From contig JAFPYW010000034.1 in NCBI GenBank assembly GCA_017394405.1, forward strand, positions 3,333-67,332: a DNA stretch of 64,000 nt, read 5' to 3'. This DNA comes from Alphaproteobacteria bacterium (GTDB lineage: Bacteria; Pseudomonadota; Alphaproteobacteria; CAAHEQ01; UBA3637). Below the pieces are notes generated by a model. The model was not told the DNA's origin and did no database searches. It saw only the letters and a list, made by a program, of their open reading frames with translations. Positions 56,399-64,000 of the stretch are shown in pieces. The position numbers were made by a program, and so were the translations under genes. Within the stretch, counting starts at the first letter, position 1, and the number at the start of each line of letters is the position of its first letter.

Positions 56399-57018
56399 AA
56401 AAAATAATTCTATTATGTTTGGCAATTACTTTTGCAACGCCGAGTTTTGCGTTGGTGGATAAAAAAGTTGACACCAAAGCGAATCGGGCGATTTTGACGA
56501 AAGTTGAAAAGGCCTATAACAAAATGAAAACACTGAAAGCGAAGTTTGCTCAATTCAATTCCAAGATGAAGGATGAATTGCATACAGGTACGATTTATAT
56601 TTCAAGGCCGGGACAGATGCGTCTTCAATATGAAAAGGGCTCACCTTTAGAATTTGTGGCAACACAAGGAGTCTTTATTTATCACGATAAAGATTTGGAA
56701 GAAGTGAATTATTTTGATTTGAATAGCACGCCTGTGGAGTGGATTTTGCGTGAAAAATTAGTTTTTGACGATCCCGGATTTGTGGTGACGGATGTGCAAG
56801 ACGTGTTGGACGAATACTTTATTACGGCGCATAAAAAGGGCGCAAAAGAGTTGGGAGAATTGACTCTTGTCATTGATAAAGACGAGATGACATTGAAACA
56901 ATGGGATGTTTTGGATGTGCAAGGAATTAAATCTACGGTTTCACTTTTTGATATTAAACAAAATATTCCTGTTGACAAAAAGATTTTTATGTTCCAAAAT
57001 CCATATAAAGATAAATAA
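56395..57018 (+). CDS. lolA: Outer-membrane lipoprotein carrier protein LolA
   Basis: 207 aa with a signal peptide. LKAKFAQ...G.IYISRPGQMRLQYE is the LolA pattern. An ATGA overlap couples it to ftsK, and ftsK-lolA synteny supports the call. Confidence 0.8.
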   Translation: MKKIILLCLAITFATPSFALVDKKVDTKANRAILTKVEKAYNKMKTLKAKFAQFNSKMKDELHTGTIYISRPGQMRLQYEKGSPLEFVATQGVFIYHDKDLEEVNYFDLNSTPVEWILREKLVFDDPGFVVTDVQDVLDEYFITAHKKGAKELGELTLVIDKDEMTLKQWDVLDVQGIKSTVSLFDIKQNIPVDKKIFMFQNPYKDK

Positions 57019-57037
57019 CAACTAAAGGGGGAGTCCA

Positions 57038-57658
57038 ATGAAAAAATTATTGTTATTAGGCGCTGCGTGTTTAATGGTTGTACCGGCAATGGCACAAAGA
57101 GGTGGCGAATGTGCTTATACACCATTGCAAAATTTAGTGATGAATGCGCGTGGACCGGAAGAAATTCAATCGTTGATTCAACGTAATGTGATTTTTGATG
57201 AACAAGTTCGTTGTGGTGGTTCTTTGATGCAATTGGCAATTCGCCGCGGTAATCCTCAAGTTTTGGCCGCCATTGTGCGTCAAGATCAAAAACGCGTCCA
57301 CGCACAAGTGACTTTAGATGCTTTCCCAATTTCGGGTGCGCCTAAAACAATTCCATTGATTTTATTTGCGGCTTATTATGCACCAAATAAGGATATTATG
57401 GAATTATTGGTTCAAGCTGGCGCTAATATCGGCGCGGTGGATGATTATGGACGCAATTTGTTGTGGTACATGGACAAAAACCCGGTGTTGAAAAATACCG
57501 CTTTGGTGGATGAATTAAACAATCGTTTGTTGTATAGCATGGGGAATCAGCAAGAGGGTGAGGCAGAAACAGCGACTCCTGCGCCGGAACAAGTTGCAAC
57601 ACCTGCAGCAGCGCCTCAAAAAGCGAACAGAAACGCTGGTTTATTGGACGAACAATAA
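57038..57658 (+). CDS. Signal-peptide-bearing ankyrin-repeat protein
   Basis: Signal peptide MKKLLLLGAACLMVVPAMA. ANK-like units GGSLMQLAIRRGNPQVLAAIV and IPLILFAAYYAPNKDIMELLVQAGANIGAVDDYGRNLLWY. Pro/Ala-rich C-terminus. Confidence 0.6.
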   Translation: MKKLLLLGAACLMVVPAMAQRGGECAYTPLQNLVMNARGPEEIQSLIQRNVIFDEQVRCGGSLMQLAIRRGNPQVLAAIVRQDQKRVHAQVTLDAFPISGAPKTIPLILFAAYYAPNKDIMELLVQAGANIGAVDDYGRNLLWYMDKNPVLKNTALVDELNNRLLYSMGNQQEGEAETATPAPEQVATPAAAPQKANRNAGLLDEQ

Positions 57659-57662
57659 TTCT

Positions 57663-58187
57663 CTAAATCAAATAAAAAAGGCCGCCTTGGCTTTGAATGA
57701 ATAAGTCTGCGTCTGGCATCAGTTTTTGCCGGATGGAGTAGATGTGGCTTTCAATCGTATGCGTTTGGGCTTCGGGATTGTATAGCCATACCATTTGTAA
57801 AATTTGCTCTTTTGTGGCCTTATGATGGGGGGCTTTAATCAAAAAGCAAACCAATTCGCTTTCTTTTTCTGTTAAAACAATTTCTTTATGAGTTGTTTTG
57901 TTGATAATTTTGCGGGAGGCTCCGTCAAAAAAGAATGTTTTGTTTTCAAAAGATTGCGGTTTATTTTGATATTTATTCAAAATTTGTTCCCATCCGCTCA
58001 AAGATAAGGGCAAGGACAGATCTTTTTTATCCACAAGGGGACAATTTATGTTGGGGTGTGGCAGATCGCTCAACCATATCACAAAATCATAAGTTTTGTC
58101 GGGTTGATACGGCCCAACATTTTTGTGTGCCAATAAGCGAACTAATGTGTCCTGTGTGTATTTATTTTGAATATAAAGTCCAATCAT
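57663..58187 (-). CDS. OmpR/PhoB-type winged-helix DNA-binding protein with a short, non-canonical N-terminal region
   Basis: The C-terminal Trans_reg_C pattern is LTEKESELVCFLIKAPHHKATKEQILQMVWLYNPEAQTHTIESHIYSIRQKL. The N-terminal ~80 aa is too short for a full receiver domain. Confidence 0.65.
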   Translation of the reverse strand: MIGLYIQNKYTQDTLVRLLAHKNVGPYQPDKTYDFVIWLSDLPHPNINCPLVDKKDLSLPLSLSGWEQILNKYQNKPQSFENKTFFFDGASRKIINKTTHKEIVLTEKESELVCFLIKAPHHKATKEQILQMVWLYNPEAQTHTIESHIYSIRQKLMPDADLFIQSQGGLFYLI

Positions 58188-58248
58188 TTGTTGCCTTTTG
58201 GGTGGAAGTTTGTTAGAATGATCTTATTATAGCAAAAAAAGGAAGGAA

Positions 58249-59514
58249 ATGATACCTTTATTTTTATACCGAGTTGGTTTTATTTTGATTACGCCCTTTT
58301 TGATCGTATTGTTTTTTATACGTCGTTTGAAGGGAAAAGAAAGTAAGACACGTTTTTGTGAACGATTAGGATACCCCAAAATGGCGCGTCCGGATGGAAA
58401 ATTGATTTGGATGCATGGTGCCAGCGTGGGTGAATGTTTATCAATGATGCCGTTGATTAATAAGTTGTTGGCAATGGATGATAAATTACATATTATGGTG
58501 ACCAGCGGAACGGTTACGTCGGCTGATTTGATGGCAAAACGTTTGCCGGATCGTGCTTTTCATCAATTTATTCCGATTGATTCCCCGTGGGGTGCGCGGC
58601 ATTTTGTACGGCATTTTCATGCAGACGCCGTATTGTGGTTTGAATCTGATTTTTGGCCGAATTTATTGGCATCAATTCATGCAGCAAAGATTCCTTTGGT
58701 GCTGTTAAACGGACGTATTTCCGATAAATCTTTTCAACGTTGGATGCGGGCGCGGTGGTTTTTGCGGCCAATTTTAAGGTTTTTTACATTGACATTAGGA
58801 CAATCTGTTGAAAATACTACGCGCTTAAAAGAATTGGGCAGTCCTTTGTCTGATTGTGTTGGAAACTTGAAATATGCGGCGCCGCCGGCACCGTATGATG
58901 CGGCTGAGTTGGAGCGTTTGTTGGCCGGTATCGGCAACAGAGAGTGTTGGTGTGGGGCTTCTACTCACAATAACGAGGAAGAACAAATGGCCGATGTTCA
59001 TTTGGAATTGAAAAAAACACATGAAGATTTATTGACTATTTGTGTGCCGCGTCATCCTCATCGTGCAGATGATATTGAAAAAATGTTGGTGAAAAAGGGC
59101 TTAAAAGTGGCGCGCCGTTCTCGCGGGGAAGAAATCAAGGCAGATACAGACTTTTATGTGGCGGATACGATTGGTGAAATGGGTTTGTTGTATAGATTGG
59201 CTCCGATTGTCTTTGTGGGGGGCAGTTTGATTCCTTTTGGTGGGCAAAATATGTTAGAACCGATGAGTTTGCGCCGTGCTGTGATTATTGGTCCGCATGC
59301 CTTTAATTTTCGGGAAATTGTTCAATCGGCGAAAGAAAGTCAGGCGTTGTTGGAAGTGCCGGATAAAAATGCATTGGGTGCCATGTTGGGTTATTTATTG
59401 AACACTCCAACGGCGCGTCAGGAAATTGCTGAACGTGCAGAAATTGTGGCAACTTCTGAAATGGCTGTGTTGGATCGTTTGTATGAGTGTTTGAAAGCAA
59501 AGGGGATTATATAA
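58249..59514 (+). CDS. waaA: 3-deoxy-D-manno-octulosonic acid transferase
   Basis: 421 aa. N-terminal anchor, WMHGASVGE...PLI motif and C-terminal GGSL..GGQN.LEP are typical of WaaA/KdtA. Confidence 0.88.
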   Translation: MIPLFLYRVGFILITPFLIVLFFIRRLKGKESKTRFCERLGYPKMARPDGKLIWMHGASVGECLSMMPLINKLLAMDDKLHIMVTSGTVTSADLMAKRLPDRAFHQFIPIDSPWGARHFVRHFHADAVLWFESDFWPNLLASIHAAKIPLVLLNGRISDKSFQRWMRARWFLRPILRFFTLTLGQSVENTTRLKELGSPLSDCVGNLKYAAPPAPYDAAELERLLAGIGNRECWCGASTHNNEEEQMADVHLELKKTHEDLLTICVPRHPHRADDIEKMLVKKGLKVARRSRGEEIKADTDFYVADTIGEMGLLYRLAPIVFVGGSLIPFGGQNMLEPMSLRRAVIIGPHAFNFREIVQSAKESQALLEVPDKNALGAMLGYLLNTPTARQEIAERAEIVATSEMAVLDRLYECLKAKGII

Positions 59515-60522
59515 ATGGCAACGCCAAAGTTTTGGACCAAATCAAACAATTGGCTGGTGAAGGTATTAAAGCCATTTGGGGCGGTTTATGCTTGGAGTGT
59601 GGCCCGTCGGTTGCGTCGCAAAAAAGCGTATCATGCACCCATTCCTGTTGTGTGTGTGGGAAATATTTTTGTTGGGGGCGTTGGCAAAACGCCGGTTTGT
59701 TTGGCTTTGGGAAAGTTGTTATATGCCAAGGGGTTGAGTTTTTATTATTTGAACCATGGATATAAAGCGGAAAAACGAAATGTTTTGGTTGATCCTCAAG
59801 CACATTCAGCGATGGATGTGGGAGATGAGGCCTTGTTGTTGAGTGAGGTGGCTCCGACAATTGTCAGCCAGAACAGAGCCAAGGGTGCGAAGTTGGCTGA
59901 AAAATGGGGTGCCAAGGCGTTGATTATGGATGATGGTTTTCAAAATCCGACATTGTATAAAGATTTTTCATTTGTGGTTGTGGATGGAAAAAAGGGTTTC
60001 GGAAATGAGCAGGTTTTACCGGCGGGGCCGTTGCGTGAGCCAGCTTTGGTTGGTCTGAAACGGGCTAACGCTGTGATATTGGCCGGTGAAGATACGTGGG
60101 GCGTGCGATTCTTTTTGGAAAGAAATCAGATTGATCTGCCGGTTTTGACGGGACATTTTGAATTAGATGATACCGTTGTGTCTATGTTCCGTGGCCAAAA
60201 AGTTTTTGCCTTCGCCGGTTTGGGAAATCCGGAAAAATTTTATCAATCATTACGTGATAAGGGTATTATTGTTGGTGGAACGCAAGATTTTCCGGACCAT
60301 TATTATTACACGCGCTTTGATTTGGAAGATCTGAAACATTCGGCGGCGGGGATGCCCCTGATGACAACGGAGAAAGATGGTGTTAAAGTTCCAAAAGATA
60401 TTCGTCAAAATGTTTTTGTGATGCCGGGACAGTTTGTTTTTGATGATCCCGAAAAAGTGTGGGATCTTTTGAAAGGAGTATTGAATGTCGCAAGTACGTC
60501 AAGCAAAACGGACGCTGTATAA
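59515..60522 (+). CDS. lpxK: Tetraacyldisaccharide 4'-kinase
   Basis: 335 aa with the P-loop VGNIFVGGVGKTP and DDGFQN. Sits in the waaA-lpxK order. Confidence 0.88.
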   Translation: MATPKFWTKSNNWLVKVLKPFGAVYAWSVARRLRRKKAYHAPIPVVCVGNIFVGGVGKTPVCLALGKLLYAKGLSFYYLNHGYKAEKRNVLVDPQAHSAMDVGDEALLLSEVAPTIVSQNRAKGAKLAEKWGAKALIMDDGFQNPTLYKDFSFVVVDGKKGFGNEQVLPAGPLREPALVGLKRANAVILAGEDTWGVRFFLERNQIDLPVLTGHFELDDTVVSMFRGQKVFAFAGLGNPEKFYQSLRDKGIIVGGTQDFPDHYYYTRFDLEDLKHSAAGMPLMTTEKDGVKVPKDIRQNVFVMPGQFVFDDPEKVWDLLKGVLNVASTSSKTDAV

Positions 60523-61387
60523 ACGTTTTTTTGAAGATCCGTTTGTCGGACTTTGGATTGCATTATTTTGTGGTATTACATGGTTATTGCCATTGCGGGC
60601 GGCCCAATGGTTCGGGCGTCGGATCGGCACGTTGGTTTATTGTTTTGCATGGAAACGTAATAAAATTGCCCTGAAAAATATGTCGGTTGGTATTCCAGAA
60701 GTGCCTGTTGAGGAACGCCGTAAATTGGTCAAAAAAATGTGGCAACATTTTGGGATGTTGTTTGCCGAAGTTGCTCACGGGGATCAGGTTTTGAACGAAT
60801 CTAAATTTGTCAATTTGAATTGGTTGCGCGAAGCGCGTGCTTCCGGTAAGGGCGGATTTATATGTTCGGCACATTTGGGAAACTGGGAAATGGATGTTCC
60901 AAAGATGGTGGGGAATAATTTCCAAATGAATCCTGTTTATCGCAAGGCCAACAATCCGTGGTTGGATAAGTTGCTTTTTGATCGCCGGCGTGGTGTTAAA
61001 ATTCCAAAAGGAACGTTAGGCGCGCGGTTGATGTTGGAAACATTGAACAAAGGTGATTTTATTGCAATTTTGTGTGATCAAAAGTTGCGGGAAGGCGAGG
61101 AAATTCCTTTCTTTGGCAAGCCGGCAATGACGGCAACGGCTATGGCTTCTTTGGCTATTAAAAAAGATGTTCCTATTTTTATGGTGAAGGGAATTCGTGG
61201 AAAAGACAATAAATATACCTTCACGGTGCAAGAAAGGGTAAAAATCCCGACGGGTTTGCCGGTTAAAGACGCGGTCCGTGAAACAATGGTTTATATCAAC
61301 AATCTGTATTGGGATTGGATTCGCACTAACCCCGAGCAATATCTTTGGGTGCATCGGCGGTTTGATAAGTCTTTTTACGAAGACTAA
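60485..61387 (+). CDS. lpxL: Lipid A biosynthesis (Kdo)2-lipid IVA acyltransferase family protein (LpxL/HtrB-like)
   Basis: 300 aa. N-terminal TM and SAHLGNWEM (HxxxxE acyltransferase motif of the family). Overlaps the lpxK end by 38 bp. Confidence 0.72.
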   Translation: MSQVRQAKRTLYKRFFEDPFVGLWIALFCGITWLLPLRAAQWFGRRIGTLVYCFAWKRNKIALKNMSVGIPEVPVEERRKLVKKMWQHFGMLFAEVAHGDQVLNESKFVNLNWLREARASGKGGFICSAHLGNWEMDVPKMVGNNFQMNPVYRKANNPWLDKLLFDRRRGVKIPKGTLGARLMLETLNKGDFIAILCDQKLREGEEIPFFGKPAMTATAMASLAIKKDVPIFMVKGIRGKDNKYTFTVQERVKIPTGLPVKDAVRETMVYINNLYWDWIRTNPEQYLWVHRRFDKSFYED

Positions 61388-62039
61388 AATGATATTGCGC
61401 GAGTGCGATGGCAAATAACAGGGGCAATAACGATTCGCCACCTTCTTCAAAAATCTTTAAGGCGAATCGGACGGGTTCTTCCAAACGAACGCCTTGTGCT
61501 TTGGCATATTTTGCGGGCAGGCGGTCGGCCAATTGTGTTAAAAATCCCAAAACGCCAAACGTGGCAATTGTCCAATAGGTTGGATTTAATTTGAAAAATT
61601 GTTTAACCATTGTTTTCATATGTTTGATGAGTAAATATAAAATGGCGAATACTACAACGGCGATAACACACGCTGCAATCACTTTGCCATATAAGGGCAC
61701 ATTGGCATTTTTGAAATAATTGATTTTGATGGCGGTGGTATCATTGATGGCTAACCAATGTTGGATGCCCATTTCGCGCAACATAGCAACAAACCATAAA
61801 AATAATAATGTTAAATAGGTGCTTTGCCGATTCGTATGTAAATAATCCGCAGCAAAACAAACGGCAACTCCGCCAGCAAAACCATAAAAGACGTTGGTCA
61901 ACACCTCGGTAACGCCGATTTCTTCGATATCAAAGACACCATAACGCCAACGGAAAAAATAACTGGCGCCGTAATAAATGGCCAACCCAATGATCACAAA
62001 CAGACCGGCAAAAAGCGGGGATAAAAATAATTTTTTCAT
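61326..62039 (-). CDS. Polytopic membrane protein, function unknown
   Basis: 237 aa with ~6 hydrophobic spans. No family recognised. Its 3' end overlaps the convergent lpxL-like gene by 62 bp. Confidence 0.6.
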   Translation of the reverse strand: MKKLFLSPLFAGLFVIIGLAIYYGASYFFRWRYGVFDIEEIGVTEVLTNVFYGFAGGVAVCFAADYLHTNRQSTYLTLLFLWFVAMLREMGIQHWLAINDTTAIKINYFKNANVPLYGKVIAACVIAVVVFAILYLLIKHMKTMVKQFFKLNPTYWTIATFGVLGFLTQLADRLPAKYAKAQGVRLEEPVRFALKIFEEGGESLLPLLFAIALAQYHFSLRKKTYQTADAPKDIARG

Positions 62040-62121
62040 AAAAAAGTCCTTTCTTTATGTCCCTTATAATAGCCGAAACTTATTGATTTTTCAAGAATTT
62101 TAATTTTTTTGAAAAAAGTGC

Positions 62122-62150
62122 TTGACAATTTAGTATTTGAATACTATATT
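62122..62150 (+). promoter_or_regulatory. Sigma70-type promoter with embedded 7-2-7 palindromic operator
   Basis: TTGACA (62122-62127), 17-nt spacer, TATATT (62145-62150). The perfect palindrome TAGTATT-TG-AATACTA (62131-62146) spans the spacer and the start of the -10 element. Confidence 0.5.
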
Positions 62151-62184
62151 TGAAATTGTTCAACCTAATAAAGGAGGTTTTAAC

Positions 62185-62517
62185 ATGAAAAAAATACTAA
62201 CTGCGGTTTGTTGTGCTGCTTTATTAACCACATCTGCGGCGGCTTGGGCTGGGCCCCATGGCGGCCATCACGGACATGGTGGTGGTCATCATCGTGCAAC
62301 TGTGAATGTGGTTCATCATGGTGGGCATCACCATGGCAGCAACTTGTTTTGGGGGGCTTTGGCGGGAGTTGCCGTTGGCACAATGATTGATGGGGTGATC
62401 CAATCATATCGTCCGCAACGCGTGACATACGTCACCCCAAGCACGCCGGCACAAAATTGTGTGACGGTAACCAACCAAAATACAGGTATTACAACGACGC
62501 AATGTACGACGATGTAG
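62185..62517 (+). CDS. Secreted His/Gly-rich small protein (candidate periplasmic metal-binding protein)
   Basis: The start is the ATG at 62185 with AAGGAGG upstream. Signal peptide MKKILTAVCCAALLTTSAAAWA, then GPHGGHHGHGGGHHRATVNVVHHGGHHHG, then a hydrophobic stretch and a Thr-rich tail containing 2 Cys. Confidence 0.7.
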   Translation: MKKILTAVCCAALLTTSAAAWAGPHGGHHGHGGGHHRATVNVVHHGGHHHGSNLFWGALAGVAVGTMIDGVIQSYRPQRVTYVTPSTPAQNCVTVTNQNTGITTTQCTTM

Positions 62518-62680
62518 TACAAAAAGGGGCGGTCCGTTGGGATCGCCCTAAATCCTTTCATAAATGAGCTGGTGCGTGGTGCTTTGTTTTTGTCAGGGCT
62601 ACCCCGCACCAGAATTAAAAGAAAAATAACCTTGTGATCTATATAATTTTTTGCTACTCTCAAAAGAAAAGGAGAATAGC

Positions 62681-63700
62681 ATGTCTATGAATGATAAATT
62701 AAAAAAACTTGCAGGCGAAGAATATGTATTGCCAGACACCCAAAACAAGTTGATTATGCGTGGCTCTCCGGAATTTTTGAGAGATATGCGAGAGATTTTG
62801 GATATTATGGTTCATTCTCCGACAGCATTAAAACTTCTTAATTTTAATGCGAGTTTATCTGAACCTTTGGCCGTAGAGAAATTCAAGGACGCTTTAGATT
62901 TGGGAAGAAATACAGGTAAAAGCATTCAATTGGCACATGGACAATTAGCAAATGGAAAACCTGTATCTAAGTATCAATGGTTGACTCTTTTACCCCACGA
63001 AATACGTCATTGTTATAACGCTCCTGTAAAAAATAGCAAAATACTTCATGCCTTGGCCTATGCAATTGTGAATGAAGCTGATGCACAAGCGATAGAGGGA
63101 TTGATTGCTTTAGAACTGAATGAATATCTAGAAAAAAACAAAGAAAATATACCGAATGCAGAAGATATACAGTATCATCTTAATTCTGATCCGAAAGTTC
63201 GATTTTTTAAGAAGTTTTATGATGGAGCAAAAGGAACAGATTTAGAGCGAAAAGCACAGGCCATGACCAGATTTGTAAAAGAATTTGCCAAATATCCAAT
63301 GAATGGTAGCAAATCAACATATGCAGAATTATGTTATAAAACGGCTTTGGAACGTGATACAACAGCAGATGGCTGGGAAAAATGTTCTGATGAAGAACTG
63401 GAAAAGATTGAAGATTGCCTTCTAGGCAGGATCAATCCTGAAACTATTAAAAATGAACCCTGGATGAAGGGTAGAAAAAAACTTTCCAGTGAAAAAGAAA
63501 CCATACAAAAAGAATGGCCGACCTTTTGTAAACGAATTATGGATGGAACCTTTAATACAGATGTGATACAATATGGGCAGGGTATTCGTCCTTCAAATTT
63601 AGTTGAAACAATATCTCCACAACTGGCTAATCATTTTCATGAAATAGGTATCATACCTCAAATACCAGCAAATACCCAGCAAAATTCCGGAAGAAATTAG
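62681..63700 (+). CDS. Hypothetical protein with an HExxH motif (candidate zinc metallopeptidase/effector)
   Basis: The start is the ATG at 62681 (AAGGAGAA upstream). 339 aa with no signal peptide. LLPHEIRHCYN contains HEIRH, with acidic candidates for a third ligand downstream (VNEADAQAIE). AT-rich by eye. Confidence 0.65.
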   Translation: MSMNDKLKKLAGEEYVLPDTQNKLIMRGSPEFLRDMREILDIMVHSPTALKLLNFNASLSEPLAVEKFKDALDLGRNTGKSIQLAHGQLANGKPVSKYQWLTLLPHEIRHCYNAPVKNSKILHALAYAIVNEADAQAIEGLIALELNEYLEKNKENIPNAEDIQYHLNSDPKVRFFKKFYDGAKGTDLERKAQAMTRFVKEFAKYPMNGSKSTYAELCYKTALERDTTADGWEKCSDEELEKIEDCLLGRINPETIKNEPWMKGRKKLSSEKETIQKEWPTFCKRIMDGTFNTDVIQYGQGIRPSNLVETISPQLANHFHEIGIIPQIPANTQQNSGRN

Positions 63701-63710
63701 TCTGATGATT

Positions 63711-63748
63711 TGAAAATAAAAGAAAAAGCCCTCATTTTGCTGAGGGCT
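63711..63748 (-). terminator. Intrinsic terminator of tRNA-Thr (also closes the convergent HExxH gene)
   Basis: AGCCCTCA-ttttgc-TGAGGGCT hairpin (63727-63748), followed on the reverse strand by a T-rich tract. Confidence 0.6.
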
Positions 63749-63756
63749 ATAATACA

Positions 63757-63832
<76 letters not shown>

Positions 63833-63842
63833 ACTGATACGC

Positions 63843-63871
63843 AGTATAGCACATCATACAGAAAAAATCAA
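63843..63871 (-). promoter_or_regulatory. Sigma70-type promoter for tRNA-Thr
   Basis: The reverse strand reads TTGATT-17 nt-TATACT. The -10 element ends 10 nt before the mature tRNA 5' end. Confidence 0.55.
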
Positions 63872-64000
63872 GTTTTATATCGGATTATTTTGCGGAAACT
63901 TTGCGAGGTTTCACCAACTTAATTGTCTTGGCGGTAACCTTTACTTGGGCGCGGCAAACAGGCAAACAGGTGACGTCTTGTTCCTTCATCCTGGTGCTTT

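Noticed and set aside
63885-64000. Window-edge minus-strand coding potential. One reading is a 34-codon ORF (MKEQDVTCLPVCRAQVKVTAKTIKLVKPRKVSAK, 63885-63989). The other is the last 27 codons of a longer gene ending at 63919 (…RRHLFACLPRPSKGYRQDN).
   Set aside because: The two frames are mutually exclusive. There is too little sequence to decide between them or to recognise a family. I note only that the short one shares the 'Cys then polybasic tail' look of the micro-ORF at 17266.

Overview
This is a 64-kb chromosomal segment from an AT-rich alphaproteobacterium. The lineage call rests on the cell-cycle markers divK, trcR (DUF1013), gapR (DUF2312), DUF4167 and hdaA-like hda, and on conserved gene orders: rpoZ-spoT-acpS, bamD-recN-ligA, rpmF-plsX-ihfA-merR, gpmI-envC-ctpA-rppH, grpE/rph-rnr, hda-ftsK-lolA and waaA-lpxK-lpxL. 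Genes are tightly packed, with many 1-8 bp start/stop overlaps and some convergent overlaps. I support about 66 protein-coding genes, 3 tRNAs (Gln-UUG, Arg-CCG, Thr-CGU), several near-consensus sigma70-type promoters and several intrinsic terminators. I saw no rRNA, CRISPR array, IS element or prophage. Most genes are housekeeping: LPS/lipid A (kdsB, lpxC, waaA, lpxK, lpxL-like), translation, the stringent response, DNA repair and envelope biogenesis. Five items stand out. (1) A 1,275-aa secreted, cysteine-packed modular protein (17378-21205) combines eukaryote-like Cys repeats with three lectin/DUF1566-like modules, and a complete 21-codon Cys-Gly micro-gene lies tail-to-tail with it. (2) A two-gene Tlde1/DUF2778-like toxin plus small membrane protein cassette is inserted between recN and ligA, behind a promoter followed by two tandem terminators. 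(3) ftsK is frameshifted. (4) Two enzyme-like genes (DHODH-like and ASADH-like) appear to have lost catalytic residues. (5) A terminal accessory patch carries a His/Gly-rich periplasmic protein behind a palindromic operator, an HExxH protein and a signal-peptide ankyrin protein. All functional calls come from reading motifs by eye against remembered family patterns. No database search was run.
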